Positions 1-10,539 of a DNA stretch of 64,000 nucleotides are shown here, piece after piece. Numbering within the stretch: the stretch's first letter is position 1; every line of letters starts with the position of its first letter. Both the position numbers and the translations under genes were made by a program. The notes under the pieces were generated by a model. It was not told where the DNA came from and ran no database searches. It saw nothing but the letters and a program-made list of their open reading frames with translations. Source of the stretch: an uncultured delta proteobacterium (lineage in GTDB: Bacteria; Desulfobacterota; Binatia; UBA9968). Location of the stretch: positions 1-64,000 of the forward strand of contig CAVSLC010000015.1 in the NCBI GenBank assembly GCA_963728565.1, written 5' to 3'.

Positions 1-171
1 GACATCGAGGCGACGGATGCGCGCATGGGGCAGCGGGCTGCGCAGGCACTTGCCCCAAATCATACCGGGAAAACTGTGGTCCGCGGTGTAGCGGGTGCTC
101 CGGTAACCTTCGCCGGGCCGTCGAGGCAACGCGCGGAGGTGCCTGTTAGGAAAAGTTTTTCCGCGGTTCAT
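1..171 (-). CDS. 5' end of xanthine dehydrogenase-family molybdopterin-binding subunit (runs off window; apparent compensating frameshifts)
   Basis: Minus strand reads ...RYTADHSFPGMIWGKCLRSPLPHARIRRLDV, and an adjacent frame gives LDGPAKVTG. This matches the N-terminus of the Mo subunit at 46016-48277 (LEGPEKVSGRALYATD...WCKVLRSP). Confidence 0.75.
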   Translation of the reverse strand, partial: MNRGKTFPNRHLRALPRRPGEGYRSTRYTADHSFPGMIWGKCLRSPLPHARIRRLDV

Positions 172-489
172 GTCTGATGCTGTCGGAGAAATGTTTTTAG
201 TCGAAGCCGAAGATAAAGTGTGGGCGCAGGCTGTCACTCGATATTCGGCTGAAGAGGAAGAGCCGAGGAAAGTTACCGCGAGACGCCGACACACGGTTCG
301 AAAAAGGTTTGATGACGGGAGAAAATCGGATTGGTATATCTGTGATTCTGTGCCACTGTGCTGCGCCTCCCGAATTTCTCTATTCCAACTATTTCCATTG
401 ACAAGGTTCTGGCAAGGGGATAAACGGACTTTGGCTTTGTAGTGAGACAAGAGATTCCCTAACGCACCAACGCCTTTCAGGAGGCAACC

Positions 490-1008
490 ATGAATAAGGT
501 CGCTCGTCATCTGCGTCATCCTGCGGTCGTCAACATGAACCTCGAAGAGATTGCAGAGCGCTATACGGTTCTCTTCGCCGACATCAAGCCGGACTGGAGC
601 GTGTCCGGTGATTCGAACTACGAAGGTGGTCGTCGAGCGCAGTTGCGTTATATCGGCGAAACTCTCGGTAAGCCGGAGGTGAGACATCCCGCCGGCGCGA
701 CGCGGTTGTCTGTGATGTTGGTGCCGCCGGGCGAAGGCAATGCGCCGCACACGCATCCTGTCGAAGAAGTGTCCTTCATCTTGAAAGGCAATGTGACGGT
801 ATCTTCGAAGAAGAAGACGGCCGCCGCGTGGAGGAAAACCTCGGTCCTTGGGATCAGCCTCATGCCCGGCCGGAGTCATTCATGGCTTTCAAAACAATGG
901 CCTCGAGCCTGCTTACTTGCAGGTGATGGTGGGCAAACCAGACCCGAGCCGATGGGTTACGCCGATGTGAAGCTTGACGCTAGCGATGCTCGCCTGGCGC
1001 GCAGATAG
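490..1008 (+). pseudogene. Cupin domain protein with ~3 frameshifts (net in frame)
   Basis: Cupin motif 1 PPGEGNAPHTHPVEE. Motif 2 (CPAGVIHGFQNNG..PAYLQVMVG) lies in another frame at ~860-935. GGAGG RBS upstream. Confidence 0.7.
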
Positions 1009-1057
1009 CCGCCGAGAAATCAATTCAATAACGTCCGTTGACGTTCAAGGATGCTCT

Positions 1058-2104
1058 GTGAATTTAGCAATTCGGCATGGCGCAAAAATCTTCCTCTCAT
1101 CGGCATTGTTCCTGATCGCTGCCGTTCCGGCCGCGGCTCAAGAGTTCTTCAAAGGAAAAACTGTCGTGGTGCTCGTCGGCACCGCTGCCGGCGGCGGATT
1201 CGATACCTACAGTCGCACGATGGCGCGCCATCTTGGCAAACATCTGCCGGGTAATCCGAGTATTATCGTGCAGAACATGCCGGGCGCCGGGCAGCTCATC
1301 GCCGCCAATCATTTGTACAATAGATCGGCGCCCGACGGTTTGACCATCGGCCATTTCTCCGGCTCGGTGATCTTCCGCCATGTGTTGGGTGATAAAAGCG
1401 CGATGTTCGACGGTAGGAAATTTGGCTGGCTTGGCACGCCGGCACCGGAGCGCCACACCTGCGTAGTGACGGAAAAAACCGGCGTTAAAACGTTGGCGGA
1501 TTGGTCCGCATCCAAGCGGCCGCTCAAGTTTAGCGCGCTCGGGCCCGGTAACTCGACATCGGCCTGGCCCCATCTGCTCAAGTCCACATTGGGTGTTCCG
1601 CTAAGCGTCATCGAAGGTTTCAAAGGAACCTCGGACGTTCGGCTGGCGGCGGAGTCCGGCGAAGTCGATGGCGGATGTTGGGGCTGGGATTCGATCAAGG
1701 TCACCTGGTCGAAAGGCCTCGAATCGGGATTCGTTCGACCGTTGATCCAGACCACCCTCGAACCTCATCCCGATCTCCCCAATGTTGCAGTTGCAATTCA
1801 GCAGGCCAAGAACAAAGACGACCAGGCGCTGCTGCGTCTTGCGGCGCAAGCCTACGGGCCGGCATCGATCGCTTACTCTGTGCCGCCGGGCTTGGCCAAG
1901 GATCGCTTGGAAACTTTGCAGACGGCTTTTATGGAGACGATGAAGGATGCCGAGTTTTTGGCCGAAGTGAAAAAGTCGAACCTGGTAGTCAGCCCCCTCG
2001 ACGGTCCAGCGATCGAGCAGACGGTGGCGGAACTCTACCGCGCCGAGCCCAAGCTGCTCGAGCGCTTCCGCAACGTCATCGAGATGTCACAGCCGCAACG
2101 CTAA
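1058..2104 (+). CDS. Tripartite tricarboxylate transporter substrate-binding protein (TctC/Bug family)
   Basis: Signal peptide; GTAAGGGFD, NMPGAG, PDGLTIG, ESGEVDG motifs. GTG start chosen, exact start uncertain. Confidence 0.9.
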   Translation: MNLAIRHGAKIFLSSALFLIAAVPAAAQEFFKGKTVVVLVGTAAGGGFDTYSRTMARHLGKHLPGNPSIIVQNMPGAGQLIAANHLYNRSAPDGLTIGHFSGSVIFRHVLGDKSAMFDGRKFGWLGTPAPERHTCVVTEKTGVKTLADWSASKRPLKFSALGPGNSTSAWPHLLKSTLGVPLSVIEGFKGTSDVRLAAESGEVDGGCWGWDSIKVTWSKGLESGFVRPLIQTTLEPHPDLPNVAVAIQQAKNKDDQALLRLAAQAYGPASIAYSVPPGLAKDRLETLQTAFMETMKDAEFLAEVKKSNLVVSPLDGPAIEQTVAELYRAEPKLLERFRNVIEMSQPQR

Positions 2105-2222
2105 CCGGATTGGAAGAGCGGCCGGTTGGCGCCGGTTCCAGGTGATGCCGAGTTTATCCCGCTTCCTGAGTGATCTTTGGGCTGCAAGCCGCGTCCGGAT
2201 TCGATTTCGACTGAATGCGTAA

Positions 2223-2256
2223 AGGGGCAGTTGCTACCGTGGCAACAACCGCCCCT
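2223..2256 (-). terminator. Possible intrinsic terminator downstream of TPP enzyme
   Basis: AGGGGC..GTTGC...GCAAC..GCCCCT hairpin followed by TTT on the minus strand, just past the stop at 2268. Confidence 0.35.
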
Positions 2257-2267
2257 CCCCTGTCCAT

Positions 2268-3956
2268 CTATTCAACAATCACATCGATGATCGCGGGCTT
2301 GCCACTGCCATTGGCTTCGAGGCCGCGCTTCAGTGCCTCCTGCAGCTTCTCCGGATCCGTCACCTGCTCGCCATAGCCGCCGACGGATTCGGCGACCTTA
2401 ACGAAGCTGGGCGGATTGATATGGGTGCCGTGGTAGAGATCGATCTCCGCCGCGATCCCGTCCGGATACATCTTCTGGTGCATGCCCTGCATCGCGGCGT
2501 ATTTCTTGTTGTTGAAGATGACCGTCATTGTCGGCAGTTTGTAATCGCGCGCCGCGCCGAGGCTGCCGAGAGCCGGGTTGTACAGAAACGCTCCGTCGCC
2601 GATCAAGGTCACGACCTGCCGTTCCGGCTTCCCCAGCTTGATCCCGAGCGAAAGACCCAGCCCCTGTCCAAGACCGCCTTGCCGGGTGAACAGACACTGC
2701 GGGTCGTTCCATACCAGATGTTGGCGCAGAGTCGCGGTGTGAGTCGTCACCTCGTCGATGTAAATCGTATCTTTTGGCATCACGGCGTTTAGAGAGGCGC
2801 AGAGCCACACCGGATCGATCGGTGTCTTCTTGCGCGCCGCGGCCTGCGCCGCATTTCTTTTCTCGACCAGCGCATCGTGCGCCGCCGCGAGCTCCCTTCG
2901 TCTTGCATCCACTAAAGCCTTGTCAACTTTGGCGGCGTTCGCCAGATCGCGCAGCGTCTGCGCCGCGTTGCCTTCCAGGTACATGTCGGCCTGATGGCTT
3001 TGGTAGACCATGGCCGAGTTGTGCGGCCGCTCGTCCACCATGGCGATAACGGCTTTGGGCGGGCGGTTGCTCGGCGGATACCAGGGTGCGCGCGACCGGA
3101 CGACGATCGCCAGGTCCATGTCGTTCCAGAACGGTTTGATGTCGGTTCCCTGATAAAGCGGATGATCCTTGGGAAAGTTGGCGAACAGAGCGCCGGCCTT
3201 CTCGACCACCGGCAGAGCGAACTTCTCGCACAGCGCCACCAGCGCCTCATAGGTTTCGACCTCCTGGCCGGCGCCCTCGGTGAGCACCACCGGGCGCTTC
3301 GCTTTGGAGAGCTGGGCGGCGAGCTTTTCTATATCCTCCGGCGCCGTCAGCATGCGCGGCGCGGGCGGAACCTTGCGTGGATTGGCCGGCGGCGTCCAGC
3401 CATCCATCAGCGTTTCCGTCGAAACGGACAGATAAGTGGGTCCGGTCGGTTGCCGCTGCGCCAGCTCGCCCGCGCGGATGACGCTTTCATAGAGCGTGTA
3501 GGAGCTGCCCGCGACCGAAGAATATTTGACGATCGTATCGATCAGGCTGGTCGTACCGCCGACGATGCTGAGATTGTTGATCCACTGGGCGCCCGGATCG
3601 AACTCCGGCTGCTCGCCGTAGGTCATCGACTCTCCGGAGATCACCACCATCGGAACTCCGCTGACAAAGGCGCCGTGGATGCCCATGGCGCCCTGCAGCA
3701 GGCCGGCGCCCGCGTGCAGCAACACGGCCTGCATCTTGCCCGTGGCCAAGGTGTAGCCCGCCGCGATGTCTACGGCGAGCGTTTCATGCCACACGTCCAG
3801 GAGCTTTGGCCCTTCCTTCTTCCGGTGGATCTGGTCGGCCATGGCTTCCCACACGGGCGCCCATTCGGTGCCCGGCGAAGACAGAATGTATTCAACTCCG
3901 AGCTTGCGAAATGCTTCGACTAAGGCGCTGCCGCCATCGAACTGGTTTTTTTTCAT
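2268..3956 (-). CDS. Thiamine pyrophosphate-binding enzyme (acetolactate synthase/benzoylformate decarboxylase-like)
   Basis: SPGTE, WHE catalytic Glu, GDGAFLY...FNN TPP motif. ATG at 3956 with GGGAG RBS. Confidence 0.92.
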   Translation of the reverse strand: MKKNQFDGGSALVEAFRKLGVEYILSSPGTEWAPVWEAMADQIHRKKEGPKLLDVWHETLAVDIAAGYTLATGKMQAVLLHAGAGLLQGAMGIHGAFVSGVPMVVISGESMTYGEQPEFDPGAQWINNLSIVGGTTSLIDTIVKYSSVAGSSYTLYESVIRAGELAQRQPTGPTYLSVSTETLMDGWTPPANPRKVPPAPRMLTAPEDIEKLAAQLSKAKRPVVLTEGAGQEVETYEALVALCEKFALPVVEKAGALFANFPKDHPLYQGTDIKPFWNDMDLAIVVRSRAPWYPPSNRPPKAVIAMVDERPHNSAMVYQSHQADMYLEGNAAQTLRDLANAAKVDKALVDARRRELAAAHDALVEKRNAAQAAARKKTPIDPVWLCASLNAVMPKDTIYIDEVTTHTATLRQHLVWNDPQCLFTRQGGLGQGLGLSLGIKLGKPERQVVTLIGDGAFLYNPALGSLGAARDYKLPTMTVIFNNKKYAAMQGMHQKMYPDGIAAEIDLYHGTHINPPSFVKVAESVGGYGEQVTDPEKLQEALKRGLEANGSGKPAIIDVIVE

Positions 3957-4212
3957 ATTTGGTCTCCCTGAAGTGCTTTTTGATGGGTGTATTATCTCAC
4001 GCCTGAACACGCAAGACCCTGGCGCGCTGCCCGAGTTTTGATGGAACAATTCAGCAACAGCCCGGTCGCGCAATCCTGATTTGCTATAATGCTGGAGCCT
4101 AGGCGAGCAGCTTGGCCCAGGCGATCTGCGCATGGCCGCGACGACCCATCGGGGTTGTTCGACTCTGTATTATGCTCGACCCTGAGCTCTCCCGTTGCAC
4201 GGATTCATGACC

Positions 4213-5124
4213 CTACGGCTCTAATTGGAATCGCCTTCCGGGAGGATTCCCCGCCTGGTACTGCAATAGTTTCACGCGCGCGACAGAGACACCGCTGCAA
4301 AGCTTCCGAACGTTTATCAGCTCGGTCGGCGCGTCCCACTCGCTCTTCGACTCGCAGCCGACTTGCGCGCAGGTGGTTTTCCTGAGCCAGGAGCACACTG
4401 TCACCTCGCGGCCCGCCGTATCCACGATCTCGGTCTCATATCGGGCGCCGGGCTTGTCGTTGCCATTCTGCAAATGCACGCGTTGCACCATCGTGTAGAA
4501 AACGCCGTCGACCTCGAGCAAGCTCAACACCTTCTCAACGAACTGAGACAAGTCTTCGGTATAGGAGAAGCCGCCGTACACGTCGCTAATGATCTGGAAT
4601 TTTCCAAGCTCCTCGCGCGAATACTGCCGCAGGCGCTTGCCCGAGAGATATCGTATACGGTCGTCGCCTAGGCTCGCGGCCTGCTGTTGCCACTTCTCCG
4701 TCCGGCGGTCCTCAATCGACATCGCCACCGCGCGCGCCCTGCCGCGATAACCGGTGCATTTTGTCGACGGCGCCGCGCCACCTGCGGGTGCATAGTAGTC
4801 CAGTATCGCCTGGCCAGCGCCCGCGCCGATATCCAGCCACCGGTCCGAGCTGCTCAGGCTAGCGAGCGCATCGCAGAAACCGTATGGAAGAATTTCCACG
4901 TAGTCCGAGAGCGCTCGGTTGGTGACGTAGCCGCCGGGAACGTCGCCGCCCCGGCTACCATAAATTTTCTCCTGCTTTGCGATCTCCTCGTCGGTCCGGA
5001 GTGAAACGGATTCCTGTGGCCAGGCAACTTCCAGCCCAAGCACCGGCACGACGATAACCATCAGAACGGCCAGACCCGTTGCCGCGCTCTTCCATCCTTT
5101 CGCTGAGATTTTGACTGAAAACAT
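4213..5124 (-). CDS. Exported protein with class I SAM-methyltransferase-like motif
   Basis: N-terminal hydrophobic signal; WLDIGAGAG motif I; LLEVDGVF motif III-like. Confidence 0.65.
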   Translation of the reverse strand: MFSVKISAKGWKSAATGLAVLMVIVVPVLGLEVAWPQESVSLRTDEEIAKQEKIYGSRGGDVPGGYVTNRALSDYVEILPYGFCDALASLSSSDRWLDIGAGAGQAILDYYAPAGGAAPSTKCTGYRGRARAVAMSIEDRRTEKWQQQAASLGDDRIRYLSGKRLRQYSREELGKFQIISDVYGGFSYTEDLSQFVEKVLSLLEVDGVFYTMVQRVHLQNGNDKPGARYETEIVDTAGREVTVCSWLRKTTCAQVGCESKSEWDAPTELINVRKLCSGVSVARVKLLQYQAGNPPGRRFQLEP

Positions 5125-5129
5125 GATGT

Positions 5130-6209
5130 TTACTTTCTCCTCCCGTTGAAAAAAATTCCGTTCTTGAGAGCGTCCTCAAAGCTGTTCCAGCCATAGTCGA
5201 TGCTGCCGGTGGCGGCAAGACCGAAGGCTGAGGCGGTTAGCGCGCTCACGAATGCGATCTGCGCTTCCTCGGTATCATCGGGCTTGTCTTCGAAAGCGCG
5301 CAGCGTGTACTCATTGGGATACTGTGCATCTTCGTGAACCGTGTCTCGTATGGAAATCTCGCCCACGGCGCCCGGAATGAAGCGGAAAAATTGGCCGCGG
5401 TTGCGGCTAGGCCAGATGTCCTCGTCGGCGCCGATCAGCATAACGGGAACTTTGATTCGATTCAGGAATTGCCGCAATTGCCGGCCGATCCCGGCGGGAT
5501 CGAGAAGGACGGCTCCCCGAGCCGGGGCGCCTTCTCCCAATGCAGTGGCAACAGCGGTCGCGCCGAATGAGTGGCCCACAAGGATTATTTTGTACGGGTC
5601 TATATGCTCATCGACGAGCTCAGGCGTCCGCTGAATGGTTTCAACCAGCTTGGCAAGAGTTCTGCCGTTGGCGCTCCATGGGCCGCTGTTGGGCAAATCA
5701 ATGGCAAGGCCGTGCATGCCCCAGGAGGCCAAATGCATCGCTTGGAAGGCGTGGTCCTCTTTGGAGTTGTCGAGACCGTGCAACACGATCACCAGCGGAG
5801 CCTTGCGCGCCGCTGCACAGAGATATAGGTCCGCTTCCACCGTGAGACGGGAAATCAGCGGGATTTCCAGATCCCTGCGCTGGATGACCGCAAACGGCCC
5901 ACGCGACCTAAACTGCGTTACATCGGGTTTGCTGGAGAGTAGATGGCGCTGGAGCTCGGCGGGGTTTGCCGCCTTTATCGGCGTGATTTCGGTCACCGGA
6001 AAGCGGCGAGCACAGCCGCCGAGATGCGCCATGAAGGCGATCAGCAGAAGGGCTGGAATGCAAAAACTCGATCGGGCGAGCCGGGCTGCGGCTCCCGGCA
6101 GGTTACTCCAGAACGACTCAGGTAGAATTTTCGATAGCCTGCTGAAACAGCCCGAGCGCATCAGAACGGATGAATTATGAAAGCTGAAAGCAGCAATTTC
6201 CGTTTTCAT
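5130..6209 (-). CDS. Alpha/beta hydrolase, probable lipoprotein (true start probably ~6030-6100)
   Basis: VLHG, GHSFG nucleophile elbow, LLDP, LGGC lipobox-like. The first ~25 codons of the ORF run through a MITE, so the annotated start is doubtful. Confidence 0.8.
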   Translation of the reverse strand: MKTEIAAFSFHNSSVLMRSGCFSRLSKILPESFWSNLPGAAARLARSSFCIPALLLIAFMAHLGGCARRFPVTEITPIKAANPAELQRHLLSSKPDVTQFRSRGPFAVIQRRDLEIPLISRLTVEADLYLCAAARKAPLVIVLHGLDNSKEDHAFQAMHLASWGMHGLAIDLPNSGPWSANGRTLAKLVETIQRTPELVDEHIDPYKIILVGHSFGATAVATALGEGAPARGAVLLDPAGIGRQLRQFLNRIKVPVMLIGADEDIWPSRNRGQFFRFIPGAVGEISIRDTVHEDAQYPNEYTLRAFEDKPDDTEEAQIAFVSALTASAFGLAATGSIDYGWNSFEDALKNGIFFNGRRK

Positions 6210-6262
6210 CCTTCCGCTTTCATCCTTGTCTTTTGCGCATCGAAGCCTTTTTGAACAGCCTG
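6136..6262. mobile_element. MITE-like element with CAGGCTGYTSAAAA-type terminal inverted repeats
   Basis: AGCCTGCTGAAAC ... TTTTTGAACAGCCTG; same end motif as elements at 52743 and 60408. Confidence 0.55.
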
Positions 6263-6517
6263 ATTCTGAGCGTCAAACTATCTTGAAGCTTGACCGCTCT
6301 ACTTTCGATTTTGCTCGTTATAACAGTTCGCAATGATTCGGTTAAGCCTGCAATGGATAGGGGGCAGCTCAATTGTCTTCGCGAACCTTCATTCGCTTTT
6401 TTTCATCGGCAGCGCTTCTTGATCTTCGGGCAATCCCCCATGCGCTGGAAATGCGCGGCAACGATATTGGGACCTCAGGCGTTTGACCCGTGGCTTGGAT
6501 TACGTTTGAATCTAGCG

Positions 6518-7531
6518 ATGCACAAACAGATTGCGCTGGTTTTGATCCTCTTATTCGGCGCCGGGTTGAACGGCTTTGCTCAGACGAACTCGACACCAGG
6601 CGCGCCGACCGCGGCTATTGTCGCAGCCACGAAGAAATTTCTCGCGACGCTTGACGATGCGCAGCGTGGCAAGGTGGTCTTCGATTTCAAAGACGAGGCG
6701 CAACGCAAACGCTGGTCGAATCTTCCGGCAGCAATCTTCAAACGGCAGGGCCTGCGCATGGGCGACCTGACAAAGCCGCAGCGCGAGGCCGTGCTGGCGG
6801 TGTTGGCAGCGGCGTTGAGTCCGCAGGGATACACGAAAATTCTGCAGATCGTCGAAGCCGACGAAGTACTGAAGAACTCGGGAGGCCAGACGATGTTCGG
6901 GCGCGATGATTATTATCTCTCGTTGCTTGGCCAGCCTTCCACCACCGAGCCGTGGATGATTCAGTTCGGCGGGCACCATCTCGGTCTCAACATCACGCTT
7001 GCCGGCGAGCAGCGCACGCTGGCGCCGAGCCACACCGGCGCGCAGCCGGCCGTTTACGAGCTCGAAGGCAAGACGGTGCGCCCGCTCGGTCGCGAGACCG
7101 ACAAGGCGTTTGCGCTGCTTAGCTCGCTGAACGAAGCGCAACGCAAGCAGGCCATTCTTGACTTTCAGATGCGCGACCTCGTGCTCGGACCCGGCCGCGA
7201 CGGCCAGACCCTTCAGCCGGAAGGAGTCAAAGGCTCGGTCTTGACCGAGAAGCAGCAAGAGATGCTGCTGAATCTCGCCGGCGAATGGAGCGGCATACTG
7301 CACGAAGCGGCTGCGACGGCGAAAAGTCGCGAGATGAGAGAAAATATCAGCGACACCTACTTCGCGTGGAGCGGACCAATTGAAAAAGGCAGCGCCGCTT
7401 ATTTCCGCATCCACGGCCCGACGGTCATCATCGAATACGCGCCGCAGCGCTTGGGCGGCGACGCGACCAAGCACATCCACACGATTTACCGCGATCCAAC
7501 CAACGATTACGGATTGAAATGGAAGCCGTGA
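6518..7531 (+). CDS. DUF3500 domain exported protein
   Basis: Signal peptide; RKRWSNLP, QFGGHHLGLN, YFAWSG, HIHTIYRDPTNDYG motifs. Confidence 0.85.
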   Translation: MHKQIALVLILLFGAGLNGFAQTNSTPGAPTAAIVAATKKFLATLDDAQRGKVVFDFKDEAQRKRWSNLPAAIFKRQGLRMGDLTKPQREAVLAVLAAALSPQGYTKILQIVEADEVLKNSGGQTMFGRDDYYLSLLGQPSTTEPWMIQFGGHHLGLNITLAGEQRTLAPSHTGAQPAVYELEGKTVRPLGRETDKAFALLSSLNEAQRKQAILDFQMRDLVLGPGRDGQTLQPEGVKGSVLTEKQQEMLLNLAGEWSGILHEAAATAKSREMRENISDTYFAWSGPIEKGSAAYFRIHGPTVIIEYAPQRLGGDATKHIHTIYRDPTNDYGLKWKP

Positions 7532-8094
7532 TCCGGACTCTTTGTCATCTGGCGCTGCTGTTGGCGTTGATCGCGTTTCCGCCCGCCGTTTTCGCGCATC
7601 GGGATGACCAGTATCTGCAAGCGACGCTTGTGGCCATCGAACCGAGCGCTGTCCGGCTGCAAATCGACCTTACGCCGGGCATCGCTGTCGCTGAACAGGT
7701 AATCGCCGAGATCGACCGCGATAGCGACGGCGCGATTTCCAAGAGCGAAGCCGCAGCCTATGCCGAGTTGCTGAAGCACGATCTCACGCTGCGCATGGAC
7801 GGGCGAGATTTGAAGTTGAACCTCACGGCGTCCGAATTCGTCGAGCCTGCGGAGCTGCGCACCGGTTCGGGAACCATTCAGATGGAATTCTCCGCGATCT
7901 TCGGCGCGCTCGCGGCCGGTCCCCACATGCTCACGCTCGAGAACCGGCATTCAACCGCGATCAGTGTGCATCTCATCAACGCTGCTCGCCCCAGATTTGC
8001 CACGGTCCAGATCACCAGGCAGAAACGCAACCAGAATCAGAGCGCCGGCCAGATCGAATTTACCGTTTCATCCGCTCCACCCAAAGATCACTGA
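7528..8094 (+). CDS. Exported hypothetical protein (AHRxDxYLQAT type, EF-hand-like DRDSDGAIS)
   Basis: Signal peptide ending AFA-H; GTGA overlap with the DUF3500 gene. Confidence 0.65.
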   Translation: MIRTLCHLALLLALIAFPPAVFAHRDDQYLQATLVAIEPSAVRLQIDLTPGIAVAEQVIAEIDRDSDGAISKSEAAAYAELLKHDLTLRMDGRDLKLNLTASEFVEPAELRTGSGTIQMEFSAIFGALAAGPHMLTLENRHSTAISVHLINAARPRFATVQITRQKRNQNQSAGQIEFTVSSAPPKDH

Positions 8095-8339
8095 AGCCTC
8101 TGCGCGGTCTTGCACTGGGTGGTGAAAACAAGCAGAACACACTTCAGTTTCGATTCTGAATAGGTAGAGGAAAATGGCGAAAGGCTGAAATGTCCACCTC
8201 TCCTGGCGACGTATACCAACTGCTGTAATTCAAAACGTCGGCAAGGAGGCGACAATCGATGCAGATACTATGATAAAGGCCGGGCGAGTTGGCGATTCTT
8301 CACACGCGTGCTGATGACGCTGATCGCCGTGTCGCGCGA

Positions 8340-8663
8340 TTACCAGCGGCGCAGCCCGACGACGTCGAGGCGATGGTGCGCGCCTATCTGGAAGGCGTCG
8401 CGGCGGCAAGCCAGCAAAAGGAAGGAGCGCTACAGGTGATCCAGAAATACACGCGCCTGCAAGAGCCGAAATCGATCGACGAACTCGACGCGGACGGCAT
8501 CAAATTCCTCGGGAGAGTGCCGCGGCTGGACGCAGAGGCGCTGGCGCCGATCGTCGAGTTCATGGGCAAGAGGCCGATACCGGTCGAGACCGTCGCTGAT
8601 AATGGCATCCTCAACCGCCTGGAACGAGAGGGCTTCATCGACAAGCTGTACGGCAAACGATAG
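8340..8663 (+). pseudogene. C-terminal fragment of NMT1/SsuA-like ABC substrate-binding protein
   Basis: PDDVEAMVRAYLEG...ADNGILNRLEREGFIDKLY resembles the C-termini of the full SBPs in this window; N-terminal two-thirds absent. Confidence 0.7.
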
Positions 8664-8752
8664 CCCTGCTTAGATAAACACTTCGGTTGCTGACAACTGT
8701 TGGCGATCACATCCGGTACGGATCGCCTCGAACATCGTAGAAGGAGACCCAG

Positions 8753-9136
8753 ATGCCCAACAAAGAAATTATTCAGGTGAATCTTGCTGCGGCCAATCCG
8801 AATCTCTCACCCGCTACACGTTTCGGCGATCTCGTATTCGTCGCCGGCCAAACCGGCCGGCATCCGATCAGCGGAGAGGTCGGCAGAGACGTTCGCGAAC
8901 AGACCCGCTATGCCATCGAACGCATCAAGATGATTTTGGAAACCGCGGGGACCTCTCTCGACAATGTCCTGACCGTGTTGACGCATCTGACCAAACGCGA
9001 GGACCTTGCGCCGTATAACGATGAGTATGCGAAATTTTTCCCGGCCAACAAACCAGCCAGGACCACGGTGGAGGCGATGTTGAACTTCCCCGAGCTGCTT
9101 GTGGAGATAACCGTCACGGCTTGCATTCCCGACTAG
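8753..9136 (+). CDS. RidA/YjgF/YER057c family protein
   Basis: LVFVAGQTG, KPARTTV, LVEI motifs; AAGGAG RBS. Confidence 0.92.
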   Translation: MPNKEIIQVNLAAANPNLSPATRFGDLVFVAGQTGRHPISGEVGRDVREQTRYAIERIKMILETAGTSLDNVLTVLTHLTKREDLAPYNDEYAKFFPANKPARTTVEAMLNFPELLVEITVTACIPD

Positions 9137-9416
9137 CAGCTCCAATGATTCAAGATCGATCGCGCTCTCTTAGTGTCTGCGAATAATCATTCACTTCTTT
9201 TTCATAGACCATCAGGTTCCGGTGCCCGGGCGTAAACTTCATGTTGATCGTTCGAAAACTCACGTCGGATGGTGGGGTGACGCACTTGCGAGTGTTGAAA
9301 ACTTTTATCGATACGCTGTGCAGTTTCCTATTGACGGCCATCCCTGAGCGCGCCTAATGTGCCATCTCAGACCCGCTTGTTCCCGCGCGTCCGGGGCTTC
9401 GAAGGGAGGTTCGTCC

Positions 9417-10454
9417 ATGTATATCGACTGCGACTCGCATTACTTTCCGGTTAAATTTCTCGAGCCGGTGAGCGCCAAGTATCGTCACTCACCCCGGGTG
9501 GTTCGCCAAGGCGACGATGTCAGATCGGTTCTGCCCGACGGAACTTTGATTAAAAACCAGGCGCCGAAAGGCCGCTGGCATCTCGATACTCGCGACCAGC
9601 ATGTCGACTGGGAAGGCTTCGACGTTCACGTTCTCATTCCCGAAAACCGCGAGCTGCTCTACACCTGGGATCGCGATCTCGGTTGCGAGCTCGCCCGCGC
9701 CTATAACGACGCCGTGGCACAAGACCTCAAGGAGTGCGCGCATCCGGAAAAATACATCGGTGTCGCCTGGGTGTTTCTGCCGGATGTCGAGGAATCCTGC
9801 CGCGAGGTCGAAAGAGCGGTAAAAACCCTCGGACTGAAAGCAGTCAAGTTCATGGGCGGATTTGAAGGGGCCAACCTGGGCGCGGAGAAGCTCTGGCCCT
9901 TCTACGATAAAATCTGCCAGCTCGATATTCCGATTCTCGTCCACGATACCGCTTCGGACCGCGATGGCCATCCCAATCCCGCGCTCGTGGGCATAGAGCA
10001 GTTATTCCTGGAAGCGGACAATAATGCTCTGGCTTTTTTGCTCGCCTTCCCGTTCCGCTACATGGTCGATATCGGCAGCCTGATTCTGCGCGGAGCGTTG
10101 AAGGAATTTCCAAAGCTCAAGATCTGCTTCGTCGAAGGATCGGCTGCGTTTGTTCCCTGGCTGATGGAGAGGCTCGATATGGATGTCAAAGCGAAGGAAC
10201 GGCTCGGCAAGCTGCCGAGCGAATTCTTCAATCAAATCTGGGTTTCGGCATTCGCCGCTGAGACCTCGCTAAAATATGCCTGCGATTTCTGGAAGGAGCA
10301 TAACCTGACTGTGGGCAGCGATTATCCGCACGGCGATCCATCCGCGACTTGGAACATAGGCACCGTCAAGATGATAAAAGAGATGGACGGAATGGCCGCG
10401 AGCGACAAAGAAAAAATCCTCGGTGGCAACGCCATGCGCTTATTCGGCATGTAG
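9417..10454 (+). CDS. Amidohydrolase family protein (Amidohydro_2, ACMSD-like)
   Basis: IDCDSH, PILVH, FVEG, GSDYPH, ILGGNAMRLF; GGGAGG RBS. Confidence 0.9.
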   Translation: MYIDCDSHYFPVKFLEPVSAKYRHSPRVVRQGDDVRSVLPDGTLIKNQAPKGRWHLDTRDQHVDWEGFDVHVLIPENRELLYTWDRDLGCELARAYNDAVAQDLKECAHPEKYIGVAWVFLPDVEESCREVERAVKTLGLKAVKFMGGFEGANLGAEKLWPFYDKICQLDIPILVHDTASDRDGHPNPALVGIEQLFLEADNNALAFLLAFPFRYMVDIGSLILRGALKEFPKLKICFVEGSAAFVPWLMERLDMDVKAKERLGKLPSEFFNQIWVSAFAAETSLKYACDFWKEHNLTVGSDYPHGDPSATWNIGTVKMIKEMDGMAASDKEKILGGNAMRLFGM

Positions 10455-10539
10455 CGGCGGCATGCCGAGTACTGTTTAGACACTCTGCGGCCGGCGGCGC
10501 GCTGTCCGCCACTCGACGGAGTTCTCAAGGAGGCGAGCT

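Noticed and set aside
170-442. 90-aa plus-strand ORF
   Set aside because: No motif or RBS; it lies in the divergent promoter region between the Mo-subunit start and the cupin.
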